A stretch of 64,000 nucleotides of DNA. Source: an uncultured Chloroflexia bacterium. GTDB taxonomy: Bacteria; Chloroflexota; Limnocylindria; Limnocylindrales; CSP1-4. Numbering within the stretch: the stretch's first letter is position 1; the number at the start of each line of letters is the position of its first letter. Shown piece after piece: positions 43,936 to 55,482 of the stretch. Both the position numbers and the translations under genes were made by a program. Location: assembly GCA_963721545.1 (NCBI GenBank), contig CAVRKB010000010.1, positions 148,530 to 212,529 of the forward strand. The letters run 5' to 3'. Under the pieces are notes generated by a model that saw only the letters and a list, made by a program, of their open reading frames with translations, was not told the origin of the DNA and made no database searches.

Positions 43936-44457
43936 ATGACGACCCAGAACGGCCGAGCGTTCAACGAATGGCTGCGAGCCCAGCTCAAGGCCAAGAAGAT
44001 GTCGCAGCGACAGCTGGCGCAGCAGTCGGGCGTCGACCATTCGACGATCTCCCGCCTGATCCGCGGTGATCGGATGCCGTCCCTCGGCACCGCCACCAAG
44101 CTCGCTCGCGGGCTTCGCGAGCTGCGCGACGACGCGGACACGCCGCAGTACCTCGGGCTGGTCGCAGCCGGCAACACGAACCCCACCGCGCGGGTCGAAT
44201 ACGCCCTGCGCGCCGACGAGCTGCTGAGCGAGCCGCAGGTTCGCCAGATCATGGAGTACTACCTGGCCGTGCGGATGCGCCGCTACGGCCGAGCCTTCCA
44301 GCCGACCGAGGTCAACGCCGGTGCCGATCGGGCGCCGGAGCGGAGCTCGGGCCGGACCGCCACCTCGGCCAGCCCGGTCGGGGCCGCGATGCGGGGCACC
44401 GTCAGCACGGTGCGACCGATCTCGCGGACCGCCGGCCGGGAACCGGGGCGTTACTGA
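43936..44457 (+). CDS. XRE-family HTH transcriptional regulator
   Basis: MSQRQLAQQSGVDHSTISRLIRGDRMPSLGTATKLA. Confidence 0.9.
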   Translation: MTTQNGRAFNEWLRAQLKAKKMSQRQLAQQSGVDHSTISRLIRGDRMPSLGTATKLARGLRELRDDADTPQYLGLVAAGNTNPTARVEYALRADELLSEPQVRQIMEYYLAVRMRRYGRAFQPTEVNAGADRAPERSSGRTATSASPVGAAMRGTVSTVRPISRTAGREPGRY

Positions 44458-44512
44458 GCATTCATCTGGGCACGACTCGGGTTCGCCCTCCACGACCCGG
44501 GTCTCGGGGACA

Positions 44513-44545
44513 GCGAACGCCGGCGTCTGGGGCGCCGGCGTTCGC
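44513..44545. terminator. Hairpin between convergent genes
   Basis: GCGAACGCCGGCG..CGCCGGCGTTCGC 13-bp stem. Confidence 0.6.
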
Positions 44546-44575
44546 GATTCCCGGCTAGTCCGCCGGGACTCCTGC

Positions 44576-46156
44576 CTAGTCCGCCCGGGCGATCGCGCCC
44601 CGGTAGACCGAGATCCATCGTCCGGGTGCCGCCTCGAACCGGTCGACCGGCTCGCCGAACCGGGAGGGCGGTGCCACCGTCGCCTCGGCGCTGCCGCCGC
44701 AGGGCGCCCCGATCGCGGTCTCGAACAGCTCGTCGCAGATGACGACCAGCGAGCCCGAGGCTGACGCGACGGGTCCGCTGCCGCGGTCGACGTGGACAGT
44801 CGCCCCGGCGCGCACGAGCGGGTAGCCATACGCCTCGGTCGACTTGAAGTCGGGCAGCGAGCGGAGGGTCAGCTCGCTTCCCGCGGCGGCCATGATCCGC
44901 ACGGCCGCGCGGTCGGCGGCGGGGAAGCCGCCGTCGGGATGGACCGCAGGCGGCTGGCGCAGCAGGTTGAAGCCGACCAGCAGCCCGACGCCGACCACCG
45001 CGGCGACACGCCCCGGCGTGACGGCCCTCGAGGTGGCCGCGCCGGCACGCCACAGCATGGCGGCGCCGATCCCGACCAGCGTGAACACCATCGGATCGGC
45101 GAAGGCGTGGTAGTGGTCGTTGGGCAGGCCCGGAACGACCGTCGCGAGGCTCGGCGAACCGAACGTGAGGAAGCCGGCCGTCCAGAGCAGTCCCAGGCCG
45201 AGCCAGCGTCCCGCTTCCCGTTCGCGGATCGTGCCGCGGAGCGCAGCGGTGACGGCGATCGTGGCGACCGCGACCGTGGCGATCAGGGCCGCGATCGGCG
45301 CATCGGTGAGCAGGCTCGTCAGTGGCCAGGAGATCACGCGGACCGCGATGATCAGGAAGCGCCCCACGGGACCGGTGGCGGCCGGATCGCCTCCGACCCG
45401 CAGGTAGTCGAGCGCGGCGGCGACCTCGGAGAAGTCGTTCGTCAGCTCGTGGATGGCGAGCGGCAGGAACGACAAGACGACGATGGCCAGCCCGCCCAAC
45501 CCGAACCGCCAGACCGACCGACGCTCGGCAGGGTCCGAGCGGCTCCGCGCGTCGGCCACGAGGAGCGCGCCGACGATTGGCAGCATGGTCACGCCCAGCA
45601 CGTGGCATTGCATGGTGATCGCCGTGCCGAGCCCGGCGAGCAGCCACCAGCGCGGCCGGCCGGTCGACCACGCTCGCCAGGCGCCCGCGAGGGCGATGGC
45701 GCTCGACAGGGCGATCAGGTTCGGGTTCCAGATGAAGGTCGACTCGTCGACCGCTGATGCTGATACCGCCATGACCAGCCCCGCCACGAGCCCGGCCACG
45801 GGGCCGCCGATGTCGCTGGGCCAGCCACCACGTCACGAGCACGGCGGCGATCCCGGCCAACGCGATCAGGGCGGTCACGGCCAGCGGCGAGTCGCCGCCG
45901 GTCAGGTACGCGGCCGGGGCGAGGAGGTAGTAGTAGACCGCGCCGTGATGGACGTCGCCGATCGAGGTCGGGGGGCCGAGCAGCGGGCACGATCGCCGTC
46001 GCGGACCAGCGCGCGGAGCGTGAGCATGTCGTGACCCTGGTCCGAATCCCACGTCCCGCGCGTCGCAAGGTCGGGCAGGCGGAGGAACGCGGCGAGCAGG
46101 AGGAGACCGACCGGGATCGCCAGGACCAGGAGGCGGTTGCGGCTGGCGGCGGTCAC
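44576..46156 (-). CDS. GT-C (PMT/ArnT, GT39/83-like) membrane glycosyltransferase, frameshifted
   Basis: RLPDL..WDSDQGHDM, LLGP.TS..HHGAVYYY, STFIWNPN, multiple TM segments. Confidence 0.75.
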
Positions 46157-47197
46157 GCCGCGTCACCGTCGGGGCCGGCCACCAAGACCTCGCTGGCCTC
46201 GCCGGCGCTCGGGCGACGGCTCCAGGGGCTCCTCAACCGGCGGGCCGAGCCGCGCCCGCCCGCTGACGATCTCCAGTGCCCCTGGCGGGAGCTCGGCGAG
46301 TGGTCGCCCGGCCGCGATGTCGTACGCCCGGCCGATGTTGATCGCGTCGTAGCCCTCGTCCATGCCCGGCGTCTCCAGGATGTACGTCGCGTGCCCGAGC
46401 GCCGGGTGGGTGAGCACGTGGCGGAGGCCGGCGACGCCGATCTGGCCGGCACCGAGGTGCTCGTGGCGATCGATCCGCGAGCCGAGCTCGGACTTCGAGT
46501 CGTTGAGGTGGACCATGACCAGCCGGTCGAGCCCGATCCGGGCGTCGAAGTCGGCCAGGAAGGCGTCCACCGCCGACGGATCGCCGACATCGATCCCGGC
46601 CGCCCACGCGTGCGCGACGTCGAGGCAGAAGCCGATCCGGTCGGCGGGCAGGTTGCGCCTGGCTGCTGCCTCGGCGATGGCGGCCAGCTCCGCCACGTCC
46701 ACGCCGAGCCCGAAGCCGCTCCCGGCCGAGTTCTCGAGCACGATCCGGGCGGGGGCTTCGCCACGCTCGCCGCCCGTGCCGTCGACCTCGGCGAGGACCA
46801 GCGCAAGGCCGTCCGCGAGCCGCTCGATGCCGGCCGCCACCCCGCTGCCGCGGTGGGATCCGATGTGGACGTTGACGAACCGCGCCGCGAACCCGGGCGC
46901 GGCCCGGAGGTCGCTGGCCAGGACCTCGACCGAGCGCGCGAAGAAGTCCTCCTCGGGACCCGCGAGGTTGACCAGGTACGAGGCGTGGATCGCGACCGGA
47001 TGGATGTCGAGCGCCACGAGCCGGTCGCGGAAGGCCGACCCTTCGCTGGGGGGCGCCGCGCGTCGCCGCCAGGCCGTCGGATTGTCGGCGAACACCTGGA
47101 GCGCCGTGGCGCCGATCTCGTGCGCGCGCTCGACCGCCTTGACCATGCCGCGGCCCAACGGCAGGTGGGCGCCGAGGCGACGTCCGTCGGGAAGCAT
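46153..47197 (-). CDS. nfo: Endonuclease IV
   Basis: LGAH, QVF.DNP..W, HASYLVNL, LENSAG, CLDVAH..AAG, HLNDSK..DRHEHLG.G.IG, ILETP. Confidence 0.95.
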
Positions 47198-47264
47198 CCG
47201 CGGCATGGTACGACGTGCGGACGCGCGTGCCTCGCTGGCCCGGTCGTTCGCGGCCGAGCAGGGA

Positions 47265-47882
47265 CTACCGACGACCCGACGCGGTGCGCTCCGTGGCGGA
47301 CGAGCCGTGCCCGCGGCCCTTCGTGTACTCGCCGCCGACGACGGGCTCGATCATGCCCAGGTCGCCGTCGTCGCGCTGGTACAGGATGGCGACCCGTTCG
47401 GTCTCGGCGCTGACGAACACGAAGAAGCGATGGCCGAGCTCCTCCATCCGCCCGACGGCGTCCTCCTCGAACATCGGCTCGATCGCGAAGCGCTTCACCT
47501 TGACGATCCGGCGCTCGCGCGGCGGCCCTTCCGAGCCGTCCGCAAGCTTGCGCAGGATCTGCTTCTCCTCCTCGGGTCGGGCCCGCAGGCGCGGCTTCTC
47601 CTTGTGGTCGACCGCCTGCCGCTCGACCTTGTCGACCACGTCGTCGAGCGCCTCCTGGTAGCTCGACCCGGTGGCGCGGCTGCGCAGCTGGAAGCCGTCG
47701 ATCAGGAGGGTGACCTCGGCGAAGTGGGAGTCGGCGGCGCTGCGGTGCTGCTCGCTCCAGAGCTCGACCGTGGCGTCGGTGCGATCGTCGGTCAGCCGAT
47801 CGATCCGCTTGAGCTTGCGCTCGGCGTAGTCGCGGACCCGGTCCGGGATCTCGGCGTTCTTGCCCTTGACGATCGTCCTCAC
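47265..47882 (-). CDS. hpf: Long ribosome hibernation promoting factor
   Basis: KGKN..YAERKL, ALDDVVDKVERQ, C-terminal EEDAVGRMEELGHRFFVF..YQRDDGDLGMIE; TATACT -10 at 47940-47945. Confidence 0.93.
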   Translation of the reverse strand: MRTIVKGKNAEIPDRVRDYAERKLKRIDRLTDDRTDATVELWSEQHRSAADSHFAEVTLLIDGFQLRSRATGSSYQEALDDVVDKVERQAVDHKEKPRLRARPEEEKQILRKLADGSEGPPRERRIVKVKRFAIEPMFEEDAVGRMEELGHRFFVFVSAETERVAILYQRDDGDLGMIEPVVGGEYTKGRGHGSSATERTASGRR

Positions 47883-48018
47883 GGATCACCTCCGGGGTGA
47901 CAACCCAACGTTTCGGGCCAGTGCGTCCGACTCGCGTCGAGTATACGTCGGGGTCGGATCGGGGAGGCCTCGACCGCTCGGCTGGCGGTCGCATGGCCGC
48001 CCCGGCGCACCCAGCCGA

Positions 48019-48707
48019 TCAGCGCTCGCGCGCCACGGCGATGGCCGACACCGCAACCGCGCCGGCCCGCTCGAGCGCGACGGCGCAGGCCGCCAGCGTC
48101 GACCCGGTCGTCACCACGTCGTCGACGAGCAGGACCCAGCGGCGCGGCGATGAGCGAACGGTGTCGCCGCCTCGCCGCGCCGCCGGATGGCGAAGGCGCC
48201 CGCCACGTTGGCCGCGCGCTCGTCGCGCCCGAGCTCGAACTGGGCGACCGTCGCGCGCGATCGCTCGAGCGCGACGGCCAACGGCAGGCCCAGGCGGTCG
48301 GCCGCCACGGCGGCGATGAGCGCCGCCTGGTCGTAGCCGCGGCGCTTCTCGCGATCGGCGTGCACGGGGACCGGGACGACGACCTCCGCGCCAACGCCGA
48401 CCCGCGCCCAGCGCCGGGCGACCGCCGCACCGAGCGGCTCCGCCAGCCGGCGTTCGCCCGCGTACTTGAGGTCGTGGAGCGCGCGCCGGACCGGACCGGC
48501 GAATGGCGCGCACCAGTCGAGCTGGAGGAGCGGCGCCGGGAGCTCGGCCGGCAGCCCGATCGGCGTCCCGCCTGGCAGGTCGATCCGGGCATCGAGCGCC
48601 GGCAGGCATCCGTCGCACAGCGCCCGGCCCTCGCGCCCGCAGCCGGAGCAGGCCGCCGGGAACGCGAGGTCGAGGGCCGCCGCGGTGAGCCGTGCGAGGG
48701 CAACCAT
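48019..48707 (-). CDS. comF: ComF/ComFC family competence protein
   Basis: CSGC..LCDGC zinc ribbon, LKY, PVPVH..R..RGYDQA, LLVDDVVTTGST. Confidence 0.92.
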
Positions 48708-48790
48708 CGCGCCGATGATGCCCGCCGGCCCTGCACCGCGGCTCATCGAGTCTAGGATCGACGCGACGGAGCGAGTACGAGGAGCCGACG

Positions 48791-49283
48791 ATGTTCGACT
48801 GGCTGTTTCGGCTGCTTGGGATCGGGCGCGGCAGCGAGGGACCGACCGGCCCGGGCGATCCGCTGTCGATCTCGCTCGACGGCGTCGCCTGGCGACCGGT
48901 CAGGACGCTGGCGCGCTGCGGCCCGTCGGATCCGTGCTTCGTGATGCGCGTGGACGGGGCCGGCGCACCCTCGCTCGTGTTCGGGGATGGCGTGCACGGC
49001 GCCCGGCCGCGGGACGGCGCGCACATCGTGGCGAGCTACAGTCCCGGACTGGACGGACTTCGAGGAGTCGGACCCCGGCGTGGCCCTGATGGAGCTGTTT
49101 GCGTACTTCGCCGAATGCCTCGTCGCGTACCAGGAGCGCATCGCCGGCGAGGCCTACCTCGAGACCGCCGACGGCCGCCGCTCGATCCGCGAGGCCTCGG
49201 ACCTGCGGGACGCCTTCAACGACAGCCCCGAGCCGACGATCTGCCTCCGATTCCGGGCGAGGCCGCATCGCGCGACGACCTGA
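48791..49283 (+). CDS. Small hypothetical protein made of two baseplate-protein-like motifs (one frameshift near 49040)
   Basis: GAGGAG RBS; W.PV.TL..CGPSD..FGDGVHGARP..G..IVASY followed by PDWTDFEESDPGVALMELFAY..YQERIAGEAYLETA..RRS. Confidence 0.65.
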
Positions 49284-49292
49284 CATGCGGCG

Positions 49293-49705
49293 TCAGGCCG
49301 GCGAGGACCGCCACGCCCGGCTCGATCGGCGCGAGGGCGACCAGGTCGCCGACCGCGGTCGAGGTGCGCTCGATCGTGCCGGCCGGCAGCTCGAGCACGC
49401 CGTCCGCGCCGCGCACGAGCGGGACCAGCCCGGTCCAGGCCTTGAGGCGCGGATGGACCGAGACGACCGGCCGTGTGCCGCCGTTGGCCGGATCGGGCTT
49501 GCCGAGGAAGACGGCATCGATCGGGAAGCGCATGAACATCATGTGGATGCCGTTCCCGGTCAGCCACAGACCTGCTCCGGGATCCAGGCTCGGCCGGCCC
49601 ATCAGGCCCATGAACCGGGCCCACAGGCCATCGGCGACCTCGATTCGGGCGGCCAGCTCCGAGGCAGCGACTCTCGTTGCGTGCCGTCATCGTCGGCGGT
49701 CTCAT
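49293..49705 (-). CDS. DUF192 domain protein, frameshifted
   Basis: ADGLWARFMGLMGR, IHMMFMRFPIDAVFL, VLELPAG. Confidence 0.88.
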
Positions 49706-49753
49706 GTCGTGCGACCCGTCCGGTTTCGGCTCCGACGCGTCGGAGCCTCGACC

Positions 49754-50687
49754 CTAGACGTTGAGGTTGAGGACGATGAGGATGATCGCCGGCCCGAGGA
49801 TGACGATGAACAGCGACGGGAAGATGCAGCCGACGAGCGGGAACAGCATCTTGATCGGCGCCTTGGCGGCCATCTCCTCCGCGCGCTGCCGGCGCTCGAT
49901 GCGGAGCTGCTCGGACTGGACCTGGAGGACCTTGGAGATCGACACGCCGAGCTGCTCGGCCTGGATGATCGCGCCGATGAAGTTGGTCAGCGGCACGACC
50001 TCGGTGCGCGGGACGATGTCGCGCAGCGCGTCGCGCCGGGCCTTGCCGACGCGGACCTCGGCCAGCGCGCGGCGGAACTCGTCCGACAGCGGGCCCTGGA
50101 GCTTCTCGACGACCTTGGCGAGCGCGGCGTCGAAGCCGAGGCCGGCCCGGACGGAGATCGTCAACAGGTCGAGGGCGTCCGGGATCATCAGCAGGATCCG
50201 CTTCTGGCGCTTCTTGACGCGCCGGCCGAGCCAGAACTCGGGGAGCGATGTAGCCGAACAGGGCGCCGATCGGGACCATCAGGACGCTGAGGAAGATCGG
50301 CAGCTTCAGGAAGTTGATGATGAAGAACAGGAAGAAGAACAGGATCGCGCCGATGATCGCGCCGACGGCCTTGATGCCGAGCCAGTCGGCGACGCGCATG
50401 TCGCCGGGGTTGCCGGCCAGCGCGAGGCGCTTCTCCGTCTTGTCGCTGAACGAGGTGCTCGTCATCCGCGACATGCGGCCGGACAGCCGGTTGGCCAGCG
50501 GGCGCAGCGTCCGCTCGGCGAACGGCTGCTGGAGCTCCAGCTCCTCGAGGTTCTTGGCCTGCATCGACCCGAGCTGGGTCAGGCGGGCCTGGACCGGGTC
50601 GACGGGCGAGCTGCCGGCGAGGCCGAGGACGATGAGCAGGATGCCGCCGGCGGCGACCGCGGCGATGATGATCGGCAGGGGTTCCAT
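49754..50687 (-). CDS. tadC: Tad pilus T2SS-F family protein TadC
   Basis: PDALDLLTISVRAGLGFDAAL, QAEQLG, RRQRAEEMAAK.PIKMLFPL. Confidence 0.92.
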
Positions 50688-50690
50688 CGC

Positions 50691-51708
50691 CTAGACCTCG
50701 ATGTCCACGATACGGCGGATGAACAGGAAGCCCATGAACATCATGAAGCCGCCGAACAGCAGGATGATCACGCCGGCCGGGAGCCCGAGGATGCCGGGCG
50801 GGTTGAGGAACATGGGCGCCATGAACCCCGGCGCGGCGATGAACAGGAAGGCGGCCAGGCCGATCGGCAGGAAGCCGACGACGTAGCCCGACAGCCGCTG
50901 CTGGGCGGTCAGCGTCCGGATCTCGCCCTGGATCCGGATCCGCTCGCGGATCGTGTACGCGATCGAATCGAGGATCTCGGCGAGGTTGCCGCCGACCTGG
51001 TGCTGGATGCTGATCGCGGTGGCCATCAGCTCGAGGTCGTCGGACCGCACGCGGCGGACCATGTTCTCGAGCGCCTGGTCGAACGGCAGGCCGAGGTTGA
51101 CCTCGCGGATGACCCGCGCGAACTCGGTCGAGATCGGCGGCCGGGACTCGCGGACGACGAGCTCGATCGCCTGCAGGAACGACGAGCCGGCGCGCAGCGC
51201 GTTGGCGATCAGGGTGATCGTGTCGGGCAGCTGCTTGTTGAACGCGCCGAGCCGCCCGTTCCGGCGGCGAGCCAGCCAGAAGCGCGGCAGCAGGAAGCCC
51301 GACGAACCCGCCGACCAGCAGCAGGAGCGGCGAGCCCAGCGCCGGGATGACCACCGACAGCAGGAGCATCGCCACCGGGATGCCGACGATGGAGCCGGCC
51401 CAGATCAGGAGGAACTCGGACGGCTTGAGCTTCAGGTCGGCGCGGGCGATGTCGCGGGCGAGGTTCGCCCCGAAGTCACGCTGCTCGACGACCCGGTTGA
51501 GGCTGTTGAGGGTCTCGCTCGAGGCGATCATCCCGGCGACGCCGCCCTGCCCGGCCGCGCCCGCCTTCTTCTGCGCATCGGTGGGCTTCGCGGCGTAGCG
51601 CTCGAGCCGATCGGAGATGCCCGATCCGCCCGACGTGGCGATGCCGACCGCGATGAGCAGGATGCCCAGCGCGGCGACTCCGGCCACGGCGAGAATCATC
51701 GGATCCAC
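50691..51708 (-). CDS. tadB: Tad pilus T2SS-F family protein TadB
   Basis: FNKQLPD..ANALRAGSSF.QA, VGGNLAEIL..TIRER..IRTLTAQQRLS. Confidence 0.92.
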
Positions 51709-51733
51709 GAGTGTTGTGCTCCTTCCCCGGGGC

Positions 51734-53143
51734 CTAGTACGTGAACCCGAACAGGCCAGGCGGCAGGTTGATCCCCATGACCTCGAACTTCTCGACGAAC
51801 TTGGGCCGGATCCCGGTCGGCTTGAGCCGGCCCTGGATCTTGCCCTCGACGACGCCGGTCTGCTCGAACACGAAGACGTCCTGCATGACGATGACATCAC
51901 CCTCCATGCCCTGGACCTCGGTGATGTTCACGATCTTGCGGGTGCCGTCCTTGAGCCGCGACTGCTGGACGATGAGGTCCACGGCCGAGGCGACCTGCTC
52001 GCGGATGGCCCGCAGCGGCAGGTCGACGCCGGCCATCAGGACCATCGTCTCGAGCCGCGACAGCATGTCGCGTGGTGAGTTGGCGTGGCCCGTCGACATC
52101 GAGCCGTCGTGGCCGGTGTTCATGGCCTGGAGCATGTCCAGCGCCTCACCGGAACGGCACTCCCCGACGATGATCCGGTCGGGCCGCATGCGCAGGGCGT
52201 TGCGCACGAGCTCGCGGATCGGGATCGCACCCTTGCCCTCGATGTTGGGCGGGCGCGACTCGAGGGTGACGACGTGCTCCTGGCGGAGCTGCAGCTCGGC
52301 CGCGTCCTCGATCGTCACGATCCGCTCGTCGTTCGGGATGAACGAGGAGAGGACGTTGAGGGTCGTGGTCTTGCCCGAGCCGGTGCCGCCCGACACGAAG
52401 ATGTTGAGGCGCGCTTCGACGCACGCCCGCAGGAAGTCGAACATGTCCGCGGTCGCCGTGCCGAAACGGATGAGGTCGTCGACGGTGAACGGCGAGGCGG
52501 AGAACTTGCGGATCGTGATGACCGGCCCCACCAATGACAGGGGCGGGATGATGGCGTTCACGCGGGAGCCGTCGGTCAGACGGGCGTCGACCATCGGGCT
52601 GGACTCGTCCACCCGGCGGCCGATCGGGGCGATGATCCGGTCGATGATGCGCATGACGTGGTCGTCGTTCTGGAACACGACGTTGGTCAGCTCGAGCTTG
52701 CCCGACCGTTCGATGTAGACCTGGCGCGGGCCGTTGACCATGACTTCCGTGATCGACTCGTCGCGGAGCAGCGGCTCGAGCGGGCCGAGGCCGATGATCT
52801 CGTCGGTGATCTGCTCGAGCATCCGGACGCGCTCGGCACGGGTCAGGGCGAGGCCTTCCTCGTCGATGACCTTGCCGAAGATCTCCTCGATCTGGCGCCG
52901 GACCTCGACCTGGTTGGACAGGTCGAGCTTCGGGTCCAGGTCCTGGATGACCCGGTTCTGGATCCGGAACTTGACGTCCCGGAACGATTCCCGCACCGGC
53001 GCCTGGCTGGTCAGCCGGCCCGGCGTGGGCGCGGTCGGTGGCCCACCGGCCGGCGGCGCCGGCAGGTTGGACCCCGGTGCGGCCGGAGCCGGGGCTCCGG
53101 TGGTTCCCGGTCGAGCGCTCTCGATCCGCTTCAGCAGGGACAT
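51734..53143 (-). CDS. cpaF: Tad pilus ATPase TadA/CpaF
   Basis: GLGPLEPLL, SGGTGSGKTT, TIEDAAEL, ALRMRPDRIIVGE, AMNTGHDGS. Confidence 0.96.
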   Translation of the reverse strand: MSLLKRIESARPGTTGAPAPAAPGSNLPAPPAGGPPTAPTPGRLTSQAPVRESFRDVKFRIQNRVIQDLDPKLDLSNQVEVRRQIEEIFGKVIDEEGLALTRAERVRMLEQITDEIIGLGPLEPLLRDESITEVMVNGPRQVYIERSGKLELTNVVFQNDDHVMRIIDRIIAPIGRRVDESSPMVDARLTDGSRVNAIIPPLSLVGPVITIRKFSASPFTVDDLIRFGTATADMFDFLRACVEARLNIFVSGGTGSGKTTTLNVLSSFIPNDERIVTIEDAAELQLRQEHVVTLESRPPNIEGKGAIPIRELVRNALRMRPDRIIVGECRSGEALDMLQAMNTGHDGSMSTGHANSPRDMLSRLETMVLMAGVDLPLRAIREQVASAVDLIVQQSRLKDGTRKIVNITEVQGMEGDVIVMQDVFVFEQTGVVEGKIQGRLKPTGIRPKFVEKFEVMGINLPPGLFGFTY

Positions 53144-53188
53144 CGCCTACACCCCTTCTCGCCCCGAGGGGCTACTTCGTGACTGTGC

Positions 53189-54454
53189 TCAGCGCCATGC
53201 GAACAACGATTTCTTCTGCGTCGCCTTGCGGCTGTCGTCGGCACTCGCCTTCGACGCCCGCTCACCGACCACCGACCGGGCCAACCGGAGGATGTCCTGG
53301 GAAACCTGCGCCTCCCAATTCGACAGGAAGAACGGTACTCCACGATTCAAGGCGTATACCACGCTGCGTCCATCGCTCACGATCGTCTCGTCCACCTTCC
53401 GCCCGATCGAGTGCTCGACGTCCGCGACGCGGATCCCGAGCGCCGAATCGGCGCGGTTGAGGATGAGCCGCACCTTGCCGCTCTCGTAGCCGAGCTGCTC
53501 GGCGACCTCGAGGAACAGGCGCATGTTCTTGATGCTCGTGATTTCGAGACTGAGCATGGTCAGGATCACATCGGCCGAATCGAGGATGGCCAGGGTCGTG
53601 TCGTTGAAGAACGCCGTGCAGTCCACGACCACCAGGTCGTGGTTCATGCGCAGCGACTCGAGGACCTTCTTGACCCCGGCGGCGGTGATCATCTCGGCCG
53701 TCTCCGGCGTCGGCGGGGCGAGCAGGACGCGGATCCCGGCCGTGTGATCGATCAGGAACGTGTCGATCGAGTCGAGCTCCCCGACGTCGAGCTCCGGGAT
53801 CAGGTCGGCGATCGACTTGCTGCGCGGGTTGAGGTTGAGCAGCACGCCGACGTCGCCGAACTGGAACGAGCCGTCCATGATCACGACGCGCTTGCCGAGC
53901 TCGGTGGCGGCGGCGACGGCCAGGTTGACCGCGACGGTCGTGCGTCCGACGCCGCCCTTCGGGCTGAACACCGCGACGACGAGGCCGGGCTCGCGGGCCT
54001 CGCCACCCGCCGAGGACGTCCCGCCCGACGCCGATCCGGCCGCGACCGGGGCCACGGCCATGCGGCTCTGCTTGTCACGCTCGCGGGCGCTGACCTGGCG
54101 GATCGATGCGGTCAGCTCGTCGCTGCTGAACGGCTTGACCAGGAACTCGCGTGCGCCGGCGAGCATCGAGCGGCGGAGGTAGTCCGCCTCGCCCTGGACG
54201 GACATCATGACGACCGCCGCGCCGGGTGCGCTGGCGGACAGCTGCTCGGTCGCGGTGATGCCGTCCATGTCCGGCATGTTGATGTCCATGAGGACCACGT
54301 CCGGACTCAGCCGAACCGCCATCTCGACGGCCTCGCGACCGGATGCGGCGGCGCCGACCACGTCGATGTCGCTCTCGAAGCCGAGCAGCTTCGTGAGGTG
54401 ATCCCGGGTCTCGGGAATGTCGTCGACGACGAGGACACGGATCTGGTCGGCCAT
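53189..54454 (-). CDS. cpaE: CpaE/TadZ (receiver domain + MinD-like ATPase)
   Basis: VVDD..DVVLMDINMP receiver; SPKGGVGRTT..AVNLA, QFGDV. Confidence 0.9.
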   Translation of the reverse strand: MADQIRVLVVDDIPETRDHLTKLLGFESDIDVVGAAASGREAVEMAVRLSPDVVLMDINMPDMDGITATEQLSASAPGAAVVMMSVQGEADYLRRSMLAGAREFLVKPFSSDELTASIRQVSARERDKQSRMAVAPVAAGSASGGTSSAGGEAREPGLVVAVFSPKGGVGRTTVAVNLAVAAATELGKRVVIMDGSFQFGDVGVLLNLNPRSKSIADLIPELDVGELDSIDTFLIDHTAGIRVLLAPPTPETAEMITAAGVKKVLESLRMNHDLVVVDCTAFFNDTTLAILDSADVILTMLSLEITSIKNMRLFLEVAEQLGYESGKVRLILNRADSALGIRVADVEHSIGRKVDETIVSDGRSVVYALNRGVPFFLSNWEAQVSQDILRLARSVVGERASKASADDSRKATQKKSLFAWR

Positions 54455-54500
54455 CTCGCTCTGGTTGGTCCTTGTGGTGCTACGCGTTGGCGGAGGGTGG

Positions 54501-54532
54501 ATCGACCGTCACCGGCGACGGTGACGGTCGAT
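54501..54532. other. Perfect 14-bp hairpin between cpaB and cpaE
   Basis: ATCGACCGTCACCG-GCGA-CGGTGACGGTCGAT, no U-tract. Confidence 0.6.
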
Positions 54533-54551
54533 GGCTTGCGGGTCGAAGCGG

Positions 54552-55482
54552 TTAGCGGGCCGGCGGGAGCGTCGGCAGCACCGGCACCGCGATCGTGGGC
54601 GGCAGGACGCCGTAGGTGTCGATGAGGGTCCGGAGCACGATGCCCGTCGTCTCGTCGAGCGGCGGCGTGACCGGCTGCTTGGTGACCGGGTCGATGAAGT
54701 CGTCGGGCGAGCGCAGGATCAGCGACAGGGTGAGCAGCGGGTTGGCCATCTGCTGGCCGTAGCGGATCACCTCGGACTGCTGGGGCGTGACCGCCAGGAT
54801 CACGATCTGCTGGAGGTCGTTGTTGAGCGCGGTGCCGGGTCGCCGCGGGCGCCGCCGAGGGAGCCGGTGACGGCGCCCGCAGGGGGCGGAGCCGCCGGCG
54901 GCAGCAGCGTGCCGAGCACCTGCATGCCCTGGAGGATCAGCTTGACCGTCGTGCCCTTGGGGCCCGGGTTGGTGACGATGACCTGGTCTTCGTTGGCGGG
55001 GTCCCGGACGACCGAGGCGAACTGCTCCTCGGTCAGGGCGATGATCGCGTCAACGTAGTCGCCGGTCCTGATGACCGTGCCGACGCCGCTGGTCTGGTCG
55101 ACCTTGACCGAGATCGCGCGCAGCCCGGCCGGGACCTCGACGTCGATGACCGTGCCGGACACGCCGGCGTTGAGCGTCGTCGAGGTGATCTGACCGCCGG
55201 TCGCGACCGGCTGGCGGGCGATCTCGCCGATGACCTGGGAGACGTCGGTGAAGGCGCCGGGGAGCTTGGCGCTCAAGGCGATGACCTTGGTCGTCACCTG
55301 GTCGGCCGCGATCCGGGTCGACAGCGGGATGTCGGCCGTCGCGACGACGACGGGTCCCTCGGTCGGCGACGGGCGGCGTGCTCGCGACTGCCGCGCCCTG
55401 CGAGATGATCAGGATGCCCGACGAAGGCGACGATCGCCAGGAACACCCCGATGAGCAGGACGAGTCGATTCGAGCGCTTCAA
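54552..55482 (-). CDS. cpaB: Flp pilus assembly protein CpaB/RcpC, frameshifted
   Basis: N-terminal TM, SAF-like VVVATADIP, VPAGLRAISV..GV...IRTGDYVD, ILQGMQVL, LAVTPQQ, LILR. Confidence 0.9.
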
